Below, piece by piece: positions 37,401 through 45,128 of a DNA stretch of 46,108 nucleotides (position 1 is the stretch's first letter; each line of letters begins with the position of its first letter). Under the pieces are notes generated by a model, which worked only from the letters and a program-made list of their open reading frames with translations, made no database searches and was not told where the DNA came from. Position numbers and translations under genes: made by a program. Source of the DNA: Patescibacteria group bacterium (GTDB lineage Bacteria > Patescibacteriota > Microgenomatia > UBA8517 > UBA10165); contig JBBTXW010000035.1 of the NCBI GenBank assembly GCA_038062025.1, positions 1 to 46,108 of the forward strand, given 5' to 3'.

Positions 37401-38962
37401 GTAACAAAATTATAGTTTTTTTATTCTGGGCGCTTCCTGCGATAAGACAAATCTTGTTGTGGGTTTATTGGCTCCAAGTTAAGGAATATCGCTTTGACAG
37501 ATTTTTGATTCTGCTTGAGACAAAAGAAGGAAGAGAACGCCTTGAAATAAAATTCATTCTATTAAAGTTCTTTGTAATTTTTATAATTCTGTTTTTTGGA
37601 AATTATTGGCCAGCTTATCTTTTGCTTGGATGGTTTAATTTAAGATTTTTAAGTGAAGTTATAAAAAAAACTATACGTATCCCAAAGTTAACACTTCGGG
37701 CGCTAGAACTTGTTGGAACGTCTTTATTGGGAGTAATAATTGTATTTTTACTAACCATCCAATCAGGAATTATTATATCGAATTTAAGCCTTGGTGAAAT
37801 GCTCATTGTCGTACTGCCTTTTGTTGGAATATTATGGACAGCACCGCTTGTTAACAAAACTAAACAAAAGTTAATAAAAAAAGCCCAAGAACGACTTAAA
37901 ATTGTTAAACCTATTGTTATTGGTGTAACAGGAAGTTTTGGAAAAAGTACAACAAAAGAATTTGTCGCACACCTTCTTTCCTTCAAATACAAAGTCGAAA
38001 AAACAGAGAAGAATTTAAATACTGATTGGGGAGTCGCAAACGCTGCTGCAAATCTCTCAAAAAACACACAAGTTTTTGTTTGCGAGTTGGGTGCGTACAA
38101 AAAAGGGGAAATAAAATCATCCTGTGAGATTGTCCATCCCAAAATTGGAGTAATAACAGGCATTGAACCCCAGCATCTTTCTTTGTTTGGAAGTATGGAA
38201 AACCTAAAAAAGGCAAAATACGAACTGGTAGAATCACTCCCTCTTGGTGGTTTGGCTATATTTAATGCTACAAACGAAGGTGCGCATGAACTATCAGAAC
38301 GTGCGAAATCCAAGGGTAGGAGTGTAATTACATACGGTGTCGATGTTCCCACTGCTGACCTATACGCGAAGATTAAAAAAATAACAACAGAAAGTGTAAC
38401 CGCCGATATTAAATATGAAGACAAACAATTTACAATTACAGCTCCAATTCGAGGCGAGCACTTTTTACAAAACCTGCTTGCTGCGATTGTTGTAGCAAGA
38501 GAGTTAAAAGTTGACTGGGAAAAAATAAAAGACGCAATAAAATCCATTCATATGACCGGGAAAACCATGCATATTTACAAAGTAAACACTGCAACTGTTA
38601 TTGATGACTCCTACAACTCAACGCCAAATGGATTTGGAAGTGCAATTAAGTATCTCTCAAGATTTAAGAACAAAAGAAGAGTAATTATTACTTCAGGAAT
38701 AATCGAGTTAGGAGAAAAAACTCAAGAAATACTAACGAAACTCGCGAAAGAGTCCGCAACCGTTGCAGATGAAATTGTTTTAATAAATCCAGACTTTGAA
38801 GACTACTTCAAAGAGGCAGTAGCGGATACGAGAATCTTAAAAGTTGCAAAGGGAAATGCTCTTTTAGATAGATTAAAATACAATTTGTTTCGGGATTGTG
38901 TAATTTTAATTGAGGGAAGAATGCCGTCTATTGTTACTCGTGAGTTAGAAAAATACAAATGA
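37397..38962 (+). CDS. murF: MurF-like Mur ligase (UDP-MurNAc-tripeptide--D-Ala-D-Ala ligase) with an N-terminal ~165-aa polytopic membrane domain
   Basis: VIGVTGSFGKSTTKEF (P-loop) and DDSYNSTPNGFGSAI (MurF-type signature). Residues 1-165 contain 4-5 hydrophobic helices in place of the usual soluble N-domain. Confidence 0.7.
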   Translation: MSNKIIVFLFWALPAIRQILLWVYWLQVKEYRFDRFLILLETKEGRERLEIKFILLKFFVIFIILFFGNYWPAYLLLGWFNLRFLSEVIKKTIRIPKLTLRALELVGTSLLGVIIVFLLTIQSGIIISNLSLGEMLIVVLPFVGILWTAPLVNKTKQKLIKKAQERLKIVKPIVIGVTGSFGKSTTKEFVAHLLSFKYKVEKTEKNLNTDWGVANAAANLSKNTQVFVCELGAYKKGEIKSSCEIVHPKIGVITGIEPQHLSLFGSMENLKKAKYELVESLPLGGLAIFNATNEGAHELSERAKSKGRSVITYGVDVPTADLYAKIKKITTESVTADIKYEDKQFTITAPIRGEHFLQNLLAAIVVARELKVDWEKIKDAIKSIHMTGKTMHIYKVNTATVIDDSYNSTPNGFGSAIKYLSRFKNKRRVIITSGIIELGEKTQEILTKLAKESATVADEIVLINPDFEDYFKEAVADTRILKVAKGNALLDRLKYNLFRDCVILIEGRMPSIVTRELEKYK

Positions 38963-40086
38963 GACCAATACATATTTCTTTAGGGCCAAACTACGAAAAA
39001 GATGACATGATCCTTGCCCTAAAAACCCTCTTTAATCCATTAAAGTGGTTTGATAAAAAGGAGGTTGAAAAACTTGAACAAGAATTTGGATCCCTTTTTC
39101 CAAAACACAAAGTACTTGCGATAAATAGTGGAAGAAGTGCAGAGTATTTAATATTAAAAGCCCTCGGTATTGGAAAGGGAGATGAAGTAATTTACCAAAC
39201 CTTTACTTGTATAGCTGTGCCGAACTCAGCAAGCTGGCTTGGAGCCAAACCAGTCGGGGTGGAGACGGGTGAAGATTACAATATTGATGAAAAAGACTTT
39301 GTAAAAAATATTTCAAAAAAAACAAAAGGTGTAATAATTCAAAATACATTTGGAATACCAGGAACTTTAAAAAACTCTGAAGTACAAGTGTTAGAAGACC
39401 ATGCTCACTCACTGGGCCTCAAAAATGTTGGGAAAATAGCATTCTTCAGTTTTGGAAGAGATAAAGTTATCTCATCGGTATTTGGTGGGATGATTGCAAC
39501 TACGGATGACAACCTGTTTATTAGATTGATAGAACTTCGTGATTCGCTTGAGAAGCCCCCGCTTTGGTGGACGCTTCAACAATTATTCCACCCCATCGCG
39601 TTATCTTTTATACTGCCAACCTATTCAATCGGTATTGGGAAATTACTATTAGTTTTATTCCAAAAGGTCAATATTCTCTCAAGAGCCGTGTACCCCGAGG
39701 AAAAAAAAGGCGAACACCCAGATGTGTTTCCAAAAAGAATGCCAGGTGCTTTAGCCATTCTTGCAAGAAACCAGTTAAAAAAACTCGAAAGATTTAACAC
39801 ACACCGAAAAGAAATTGCTGAATATTATTTCAAAAACTTGCCAAATACAAGCATTAAGTTGCCACCCAAGAAACCCAACTCTATTTACCTTCGCTTTCCA
39901 ATTAGAGTTTCAAACGGGAAGAGCCTTCTTATGTTCGCAAGAAAAAAGGGAGTGGTATTGGGAGATTGGTATCATGATATTGATTCAAATATTGTTAACC
40001 TTCCAACCTACCCAACAATGACTCTAAAGGACGCGGAGAAAGTGGTAAAGATTGTAAAGCAATGGCTAAATACACAAGCAAAATAA
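38959..40086 (+). CDS. DegT/DnrJ/EryC1/StrS-family PLP-dependent aminotransferase-like protein
   Basis: AINSGRSAEYLILKALGIGKGDEVI..TFTCIAVPN, EDHAHSLG, and FSFGRDKVIS (candidate PLP lysine). Confidence 0.65.
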   Translation: MRPIHISLGPNYEKDDMILALKTLFNPLKWFDKKEVEKLEQEFGSLFPKHKVLAINSGRSAEYLILKALGIGKGDEVIYQTFTCIAVPNSASWLGAKPVGVETGEDYNIDEKDFVKNISKKTKGVIIQNTFGIPGTLKNSEVQVLEDHAHSLGLKNVGKIAFFSFGRDKVISSVFGGMIATTDDNLFIRLIELRDSLEKPPLWWTLQQLFHPIALSFILPTYSIGIGKLLLVLFQKVNILSRAVYPEEKKGEHPDVFPKRMPGALAILARNQLKKLERFNTHRKEIAEYYFKNLPNTSIKLPPKKPNSIYLRFPIRVSNGKSLLMFARKKGVVLGDWYHDIDSNIVNLPTYPTMTLKDAEKVVKIVKQWLNTQAK

Positions 40087-41084
40087 TAGAAGACAAAAAA
40101 GTTTGGGAAAAGTTTATGCTTTCTCAAAAGCCCCAAAGTTTTTTGCAATCATGGAATTGGGGGGAGACTAATAAGTTAACAGGCAATCAGGTAATCAGGA
40201 CTGGATTTTTCAGCGGTCCCAAGCTCGTTGGATGTGCACAAATCATTGTTGAGCGTGCAAAACGTGGATCTTACTTCTTAGTTCCCGGCGGGCCGCTACT
40301 AGATTGGGAAAATACCACACTTGTTAAATTTTTCTTAGATGAAATAAAAAATCTTGCCTTAAAAGAAAATGTTTGGTTTATAAGAATTCGTCCAGAAGTC
40401 CTTGACTCGCAAAATTCACAAAAAGAGTTTTCGAATCTTGGATTCGTTAAAGCCCCAATGCATCTTCACGCCCAAAATACATGGGTTTTGGATATTACCC
40501 CATCTGAGGAAGATCTACTTGCAGGTATGAGAAAAACAACAAGGTATTTAATTCGTCAAAGCGAAAAACACGAATTAACTGTGGAACTATCAAAAGATCC
40601 CAAAATGGCTGATATTCTATATAAACTGCAAGCCGAAACTGTTGCTCGTCATAAGTTTATCCCCTTCCCCAAGAAACTTTTCGCCTCGCAAATCGAAACC
40701 TTTGAAAAAGACAACGAGGCCGAAGTCTTTATTTGTAAAAAAGGAAACGATATCCTCGCCGCAGCAATAATAATTTTTTACGGAGATTACGCATACTACC
40801 ACCACTCAGGCTCAGTGAGCCTCCATCGCGATATCCCCTTTTCCTACTTTTTGCAATGGGAAATAATCAAAGAGGCAAAAAGGAGAGCTAAAAAAGCATA
40901 CAACTTTTGGGGGATAGCACCAACAGACAACCCAAAACACAGATTCGCCGGCGTTACAATTTTCAAGAAAGGCTTTGGGGGCAAGAGAGTCGACTGGCTA
41001 CCTGCCCATGACCTTCCGATCTCCCCCAAGTATTGGCTAACTTATGCATTTGAAACTATACGGAAAATACGGCGTGGACTATAA
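40062..41084 (+). CDS. FemAB-family peptidoglycan interpeptide-bridge aminoacyltransferase
   Basis: N-terminal FLQSWNWGE and the ~340-aa two-lobed GNAT-like size typical of FemX/FemA. The start overlaps the upstream gene by 25 nt. Confidence 0.7.
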   Translation: MAKYTSKIIEDKKVWEKFMLSQKPQSFLQSWNWGETNKLTGNQVIRTGFFSGPKLVGCAQIIVERAKRGSYFLVPGGPLLDWENTTLVKFFLDEIKNLALKENVWFIRIRPEVLDSQNSQKEFSNLGFVKAPMHLHAQNTWVLDITPSEEDLLAGMRKTTRYLIRQSEKHELTVELSKDPKMADILYKLQAETVARHKFIPFPKKLFASQIETFEKDNEAEVFICKKGNDILAAAIIIFYGDYAYYHHSGSVSLHRDIPFSYFLQWEIIKEAKRRAKKAYNFWGIAPTDNPKHRFAGVTIFKKGFGGKRVDWLPAHDLPISPKYWLTYAFETIRKIRRGL

Positions 41085-41090
41085 TCAATC

Positions 41091-42146
41091 ATGAATTTCA
41101 CAAACATGCTCCCGCTAGCTTTAGGCTTAGTAATCTTTTCTTTCTTAATAACCGGAATCCTTGTTATCCCATTTATCAACCTTCTTTATTGGCTAAAACT
41201 TACTCGCCGTGTAGAAGCTCCAAAGAAAGGCAAAGTCCCTCTTTTTGATAGGCTCCATGACATAAAAGCCGGAACCCCTGTTGGCGGCGGGATACTGCTT
41301 ATATCGGTAGTCTCAATTCTTTTTGCCACAATTTTCCCCCTCGCCGCGCATCTTGGAGTATTTGTTCAAACAGCCTATGACCCAAGCCTCGAGCTTCTAG
41401 TTCTTTTCTTTACATTCATCTCCTTTGGACTTCTGGGTTTATCAGATGATCTTATTAAAATATTCGGGAAAGGCAAAGCAGGAACTAGTGGAATTTGGTT
41501 TGGATTATCTCGAAAAATGAAGTTTTTTTTGCAATGGGTCCTTGCTTTAAGTGTCGCTTGGGTTATTTATAAATACCTAGGTATCCATATCTTAAATATT
41601 CCACTTTTGGGTAAGGTAATTGATTTAGGAATTTGGTATGTTCCATTTGGCGCATTTGTAATTGTTGCTTTTTCAAATGCTTTCAATATTACCGACGGGC
41701 TAGATGGATTATCAGTTGGTCTTTTGATGATTTGTTTACTCGCCTTTGCTCCAATTGCCGCTGGCAGTCTTGATACTCCGTTATCAGTTTTTATATCTCT
41801 CTGGCTTGGAGCAATTATAGCCTTTCTCTATTTTAATGTTTGGCCGGCAAGAATTTTTCTTGGCGACGCAGGCTCTTTATCATTTGGCGCAATGCTTGGT
41901 TTAATCGGGCTTCTAACAGGAAGCATTATTGCATTAGTCATAATTGGAGGGATTTACGTCTTGGAAGTTGTATCCTCTGCAATACAAATATTCGGTTGGA
42001 AAGTTTTAAAGCGTCCAATTTTTCTTCTCGCGCCTATCCACCATGCGCTTTTGGCAATCGGCTGGGAGGAACCCAAGATAGTAATGAGGGCATGGTTGGC
42101 GGGCATAATACTAGCTATAGTCGGACTCTGGCTTGCCTTCATCTAA
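41091..42146 (+). CDS. mraY: phospho-N-acetylmuramoyl-pentapeptide transferase
   Basis: NAFNITDGLDGL, GDAGSLSFGA, PIHHA, and 10 TM helices. Confidence 0.92.
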   Translation: MNFTNMLPLALGLVIFSFLITGILVIPFINLLYWLKLTRRVEAPKKGKVPLFDRLHDIKAGTPVGGGILLISVVSILFATIFPLAAHLGVFVQTAYDPSLELLVLFFTFISFGLLGLSDDLIKIFGKGKAGTSGIWFGLSRKMKFFLQWVLALSVAWVIYKYLGIHILNIPLLGKVIDLGIWYVPFGAFVIVAFSNAFNITDGLDGLSVGLLMICLLAFAPIAAGSLDTPLSVFISLWLGAIIAFLYFNVWPARIFLGDAGSLSFGAMLGLIGLLTGSIIALVIIGGIYVLEVVSSAIQIFGWKVLKRPIFLLAPIHHALLAIGWEEPKIVMRAWLAGIILAIVGLWLAFI

Positions 42147-42149
42147 AAA

Positions 42150-43238
42150 ATGAAACGCCTCACCCTCCTTCGTGCCCAAACCGTTCGACTCGATCGACCG
42201 CTGCTATTTATAACCCTTGGCTTGCTTATTTTCGGCCTTGCCATGGTTTTTGATGCTTCTGTCGCCGATGCAACAAGAACTTTTCAAGATAAGTTTTTTT
42301 ATCTCAAAAGACAGCTTATTTGGGCAATCTTGGGTGCTTTTTCGATGTTTATTTTATCTCAAATAAATTATAAATTCTGGCAAAAAGCTGCTCTTTGGAT
42401 ATTTATTGGAACAATAATTCTTCTTGTCCTTGTTCTTGTCCCAGGAGTTGGAGTCACAGCACTTGGTGCAAGCCGGAGATTGAATTTGGGATTTTTAGGG
42501 CTTCAACCGGGGGAGTTGGCAAAACTTGCTGTGATCACGTTTTTGTCGACATCTCTTGTAAAGGAAAGATCGTTTTTAAAATTTGCCTCTCCTGTAGGAG
42601 TTGTAAGTAGCTTAATCCTTCTTCAGCCAGATATGGGTACGACAGTAATAATTGCACTTACTTCTTTAGTAATTTACTTTGCAAGCGGTACCCCACTCTT
42701 GCATATTGTTGGAATTACCGCATCCGGACTTATTGGCAGCCTCATACTTGCACTATCGTCAAGCTATAGAAAAGAGCGGCTTATGACTTTTTTAAACCCT
42801 CATAGCGATCCAGCAGATACTTCCTACCATGTCCGTCAAATATTAATCGCAATAGGCTCGGGAGGATTATGGGGATTGGGATTGGGACAATCAAGACAAA
42901 AGCACCTTTTTCTTCCGGAGCCTGCAACTGATTCAATATTTGCAATAATTGCAGAAGAGCTTGGGTTTTTTGGGGGAATAGGAATAATACTCGCATTCCT
43001 GCTCTTAGTTGTCAGAGGCTACCAAATAGCCTCGCGTACAGAAAATCCTTTCGGCAGACTTCTTGCAATTGGGATAACATCAGGAATCGCAATCCAGGCT
43101 TTTATAAATCTGGCTGCAATGGTTGCATTGGTCCCCTTAACCGGAATTCCTCTTCCGCTGATATCATATGGAGGTTCTTCGCTCTTTGTAACTTTGTCGG
43201 GAATTGGAATACTATTAAATATCGCAAAAAGAAAGTGA
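42150..43238 (+). CDS. ftsW: SEDS-family peptidoglycan glycosyltransferase FtsW
   Basis: LQPDMGT, PEPATDSIFA and PLISYGGSS. Located between mraY and murG. Confidence 0.88.
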   Translation: MKRLTLLRAQTVRLDRPLLFITLGLLIFGLAMVFDASVADATRTFQDKFFYLKRQLIWAILGAFSMFILSQINYKFWQKAALWIFIGTIILLVLVLVPGVGVTALGASRRLNLGFLGLQPGELAKLAVITFLSTSLVKERSFLKFASPVGVVSSLILLQPDMGTTVIIALTSLVIYFASGTPLLHIVGITASGLIGSLILALSSSYRKERLMTFLNPHSDPADTSYHVRQILIAIGSGGLWGLGLGQSRQKHLFLPEPATDSIFAIIAEELGFFGGIGIILAFLLLVVRGYQIASRTENPFGRLLAIGITSGIAIQAFINLAAMVALVPLTGIPLPLISYGGSSLFVTLSGIGILLNIAKRK

Positions 43239-43239
43239 G

Positions 43240-44400
43240 ATGTGCGAAGTGAAAAGAGAGAATATGAATAGAACAGACTTACGTCATAAAACAGACTTAC
43301 GTCATAAAACAGACTTACGTCATAAAATAAGAATAGTAATCACAGGAGGCCATGCTACTCCTGCACTTGCGACAATTGAAGTTCTTGAAAAAAACGCAGA
43401 AATTTACTGGATTGGTGAAAAAGAAGGAATTGAGGGAACAGGTTCAAAAACGCTTGAATATCAAGTAATCCCCGAAAAAGGAATCCCGTTTTACCCAATA
43501 AAATCAGCAAAAATTCACCCAAACATATTTAAAACATTTGTTAATTTATGGAAACTACCTGTAGGACTTATCCAGTCTCTATATTTCATAGCAAAAATAA
43601 AACCCCATGTTGTTCTTTCTTTTGGAAGCTATGTGGCAGTTCCTGCTGCTTTCTCAGCTTGGATTTTAGGAATCCCAGTTGTAACTCATGAACAAACAAC
43701 TGTTCCTGGACTTGCCAATAGAATTGTTGGTTTTCTCTCAAAAAAAATAGCAATAACTTTTCCTGGAACTTATGGAACTAACAAAAAGGTTGTGTTAACT
43801 GGAAATCCGACAAGGAAAGGGTTCTTCAATAGGTTAAAGAGAAAAAGTAGAAAAATTCCAACCATTTTCGTAACTGGTGGAAGCCGTGGATCAAGCATTA
43901 TCAACGAAAATATTTCTGAAATTCTTAACAAGCTTTTAAAAAAATACAGGGTTTTTCATCAAACAGGCATTCTTGAAAGCCAAAAGGTTCAAAAAGTTAA
44001 AGATTCTCTTTCTCAAAGTTCAAAAGATCGCTACCACATTGCTCCAAACTATACTCCGGAAAAATTCGAAGAAAGATTATTAAACTCTGATTTAGTAATT
44101 TCTCGCGCAGGCGCAAATACAGTTCTTGAAATTGCCGCAACAGGCACTCCCGCAATTTTAATTCCAATCCCTTGGTCCGGAGGGGGAGAGCAGGTAAAAA
44201 ACGCAAAAATTTTAGAGGAATCCGGTATTGCAAAGGTTTTAAATCAAGACTCGTTAACTTCTCAAAAACTTCTAAAAGCAATTGAAGAAATGCTCAAAGC
44301 CCCGCCCTCAAAAGATCAAAAACTCAAAGCAAAAAAACTGACAGTTCCGAAAGCCGCCGAAAATCTTGCCCGCCTGGTTTTAGAAACAGCAAATGAATGA
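43240..44400 (+). CDS. murG: undecaprenyldiphospho-muramoylpentapeptide beta-N-acetylglucosaminyltransferase MurG with a ~28-aa repeat-containing N-terminal extension
   Basis: IVITGGHATPALA and SRAGANTVLEIAATGTPAILIP. The ATG lies 1 nt after the ftsW stop. The conserved core begins only after the (TDLRHK)x3 repeat. Confidence 0.85.
   Translation: MCEVKRENMNRTDLRHKTDLRHKTDLRHKIRIVITGGHATPALATIEVLEKNAEIYWIGEKEGIEGTGSKTLEYQVIPEKGIPFYPIKSAKIHPNIFKTFVNLWKLPVGLIQSLYFIAKIKPHVVLSFGSYVAVPAAFSAWILGIPVVTHEQTTVPGLANRIVGFLSKKIAITFPGTYGTNKKVVLTGNPTRKGFFNRLKRKSRKIPTIFVTGGSRGSSIINENISEILNKLLKKYRVFHQTGILESQKVQKVKDSLSQSSKDRYHIAPNYTPEKFEERLLNSDLVISRAGANTVLEIAATGTPAILIPIPWSGGGEQVKNAKILEESGIAKVLNQDSLTSQKLLKAIEEMLKAPPSKDQKLKAKKLTVPKAAENLARLVLETANE
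43273..43326 (+). repeat. perfect 18-bp tandem repeat x3 (ACAGACTTACGTCATAAA), in frame, encoding (TDLRHK)3
   Basis: Three identical units at 43273-43290, 43291-43308 and 43309-43326. Confidence 0.95.
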
Positions 44401-45049
44401 AGTATTAAATCTCTTCTTTGGTATTTTTTTGATTTCGCAAATCTCATGTAAAACTCAATTCGGGGCATGCGATCAAAATGAATATAAACGGTTAGACCAA
44501 TTTAAAGGAAACAATTTGGTTACATTATCTAACAAGAAAGTCGAGGAGTCACTTTTACAGGATTTTAAAAACGAAAAAGTTTATGTTCACAAAATCCTGC
44601 CAAACACTCTTTCTGTTATTATTAAAAAAAGAACCGGTTTTATTGGAATTTCAAAAGAAGATTTAGATGGGACTTTCCTGGTCGCAAAAGATGGGACTGT
44701 TCTGTCATTCGAAAAATCCTCCGCCGTTCCAACACTTGTCTTATCTCCAACTTTTCCAAATCCGGTCGTCGGAGAAAAAGTTTCAAATAAAGTTTTAACC
44801 TCTGGGAAAATCCTTCAGCTTGTTTCAAAAGTGCAAACTGTAAAAAATACTACGCTTGAAGAAGAAAAACTAAGCTTAGATCTTGGTGACACAAAAATAC
44901 TTTTTCCCACAAATCGCGACCCCGAGGTTTTGGTAGGTGCTTTACAATTGATTCTACTGGACGCTAAAATAGAACGGCTACGCATGAACAACAAAGTACC
45001 GGTAAGTATTGATTTAAGATTCAAAAATCCAGTACTAAAATACAAGTAG
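44393..45049 (+). CDS. ftsQ: FtsQ/DivIB-like POTRA-domain division protein
   Basis: Short N-terminal TM, a POTRA-like segment (VYVHKILPNTLSVIIKKR), and the canonical position between murG and ftsA. Confidence 0.6.
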   Translation: MNEVLNLFFGIFLISQISCKTQFGACDQNEYKRLDQFKGNNLVTLSNKKVEESLLQDFKNEKVYVHKILPNTLSVIIKKRTGFIGISKEDLDGTFLVAKDGTVLSFEKSSAVPTLVLSPTFPNPVVGEKVSNKVLTSGKILQLVSKVQTVKNTTLEEEKLSLDLGDTKILFPTNRDPEVLVGALQLILLDAKIERLRMNNKVPVSIDLRFKNPVLKYK

Positions 45050-45124
45050 TGTAGTAAAGTAGACAAGTAGATAAGTAAACATAAATATTAAAATTCTTTA
45101 CTACCTGACTACCTGTCTACCTTT
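45046..45124. repeat. inverted arrays of 8-bp-periodic GTAG (x4) and CTAC (x3) motifs around an AT-rich centre
   Basis: GTAG at 45046, 45051, 45059 and 45067 (GTAA at 45075). CTAC at 45101, 45109 and 45117. Segment 45059-45070 pairs with 45109-45120 at 11 of 12 positions. Confidence 0.6.
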
Positions 45125-45128
45125 ATAT

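Noticed and set aside
37615-38547. 310-aa ORF antisense to murF
   Set aside because: It is fully contained in, and antisense to, a gene with clear Mur-ligase motifs. Its Ser/Phe/Thr-rich low-complexity sequence is typical of the complement of a Lys/Glu-rich gene. It has no SD or motifs.
7591-39710. Numerous A8/T8 homopolymer runs inside glycosyltransferase and other genes (for example near 7597, 12016, 13853, 14722, 18821, 23586 and 39701) as possible phase-variation switches
   Set aside because: Runs of 7-8 A or T are expected by chance in this AT-rich, Lys/Phe-rich coding sequence. All the genes concerned are intact, and none of the tracts is exceptionally long. There is no positive evidence of slippage without read data.
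43273-43326. Could the 18-bp repeats be a mini CRISPR array?
   Set aside because: The units are directly adjacent with no spacers, in frame within murG, and there are no cas genes in the window. This is a simple tandem repeat.
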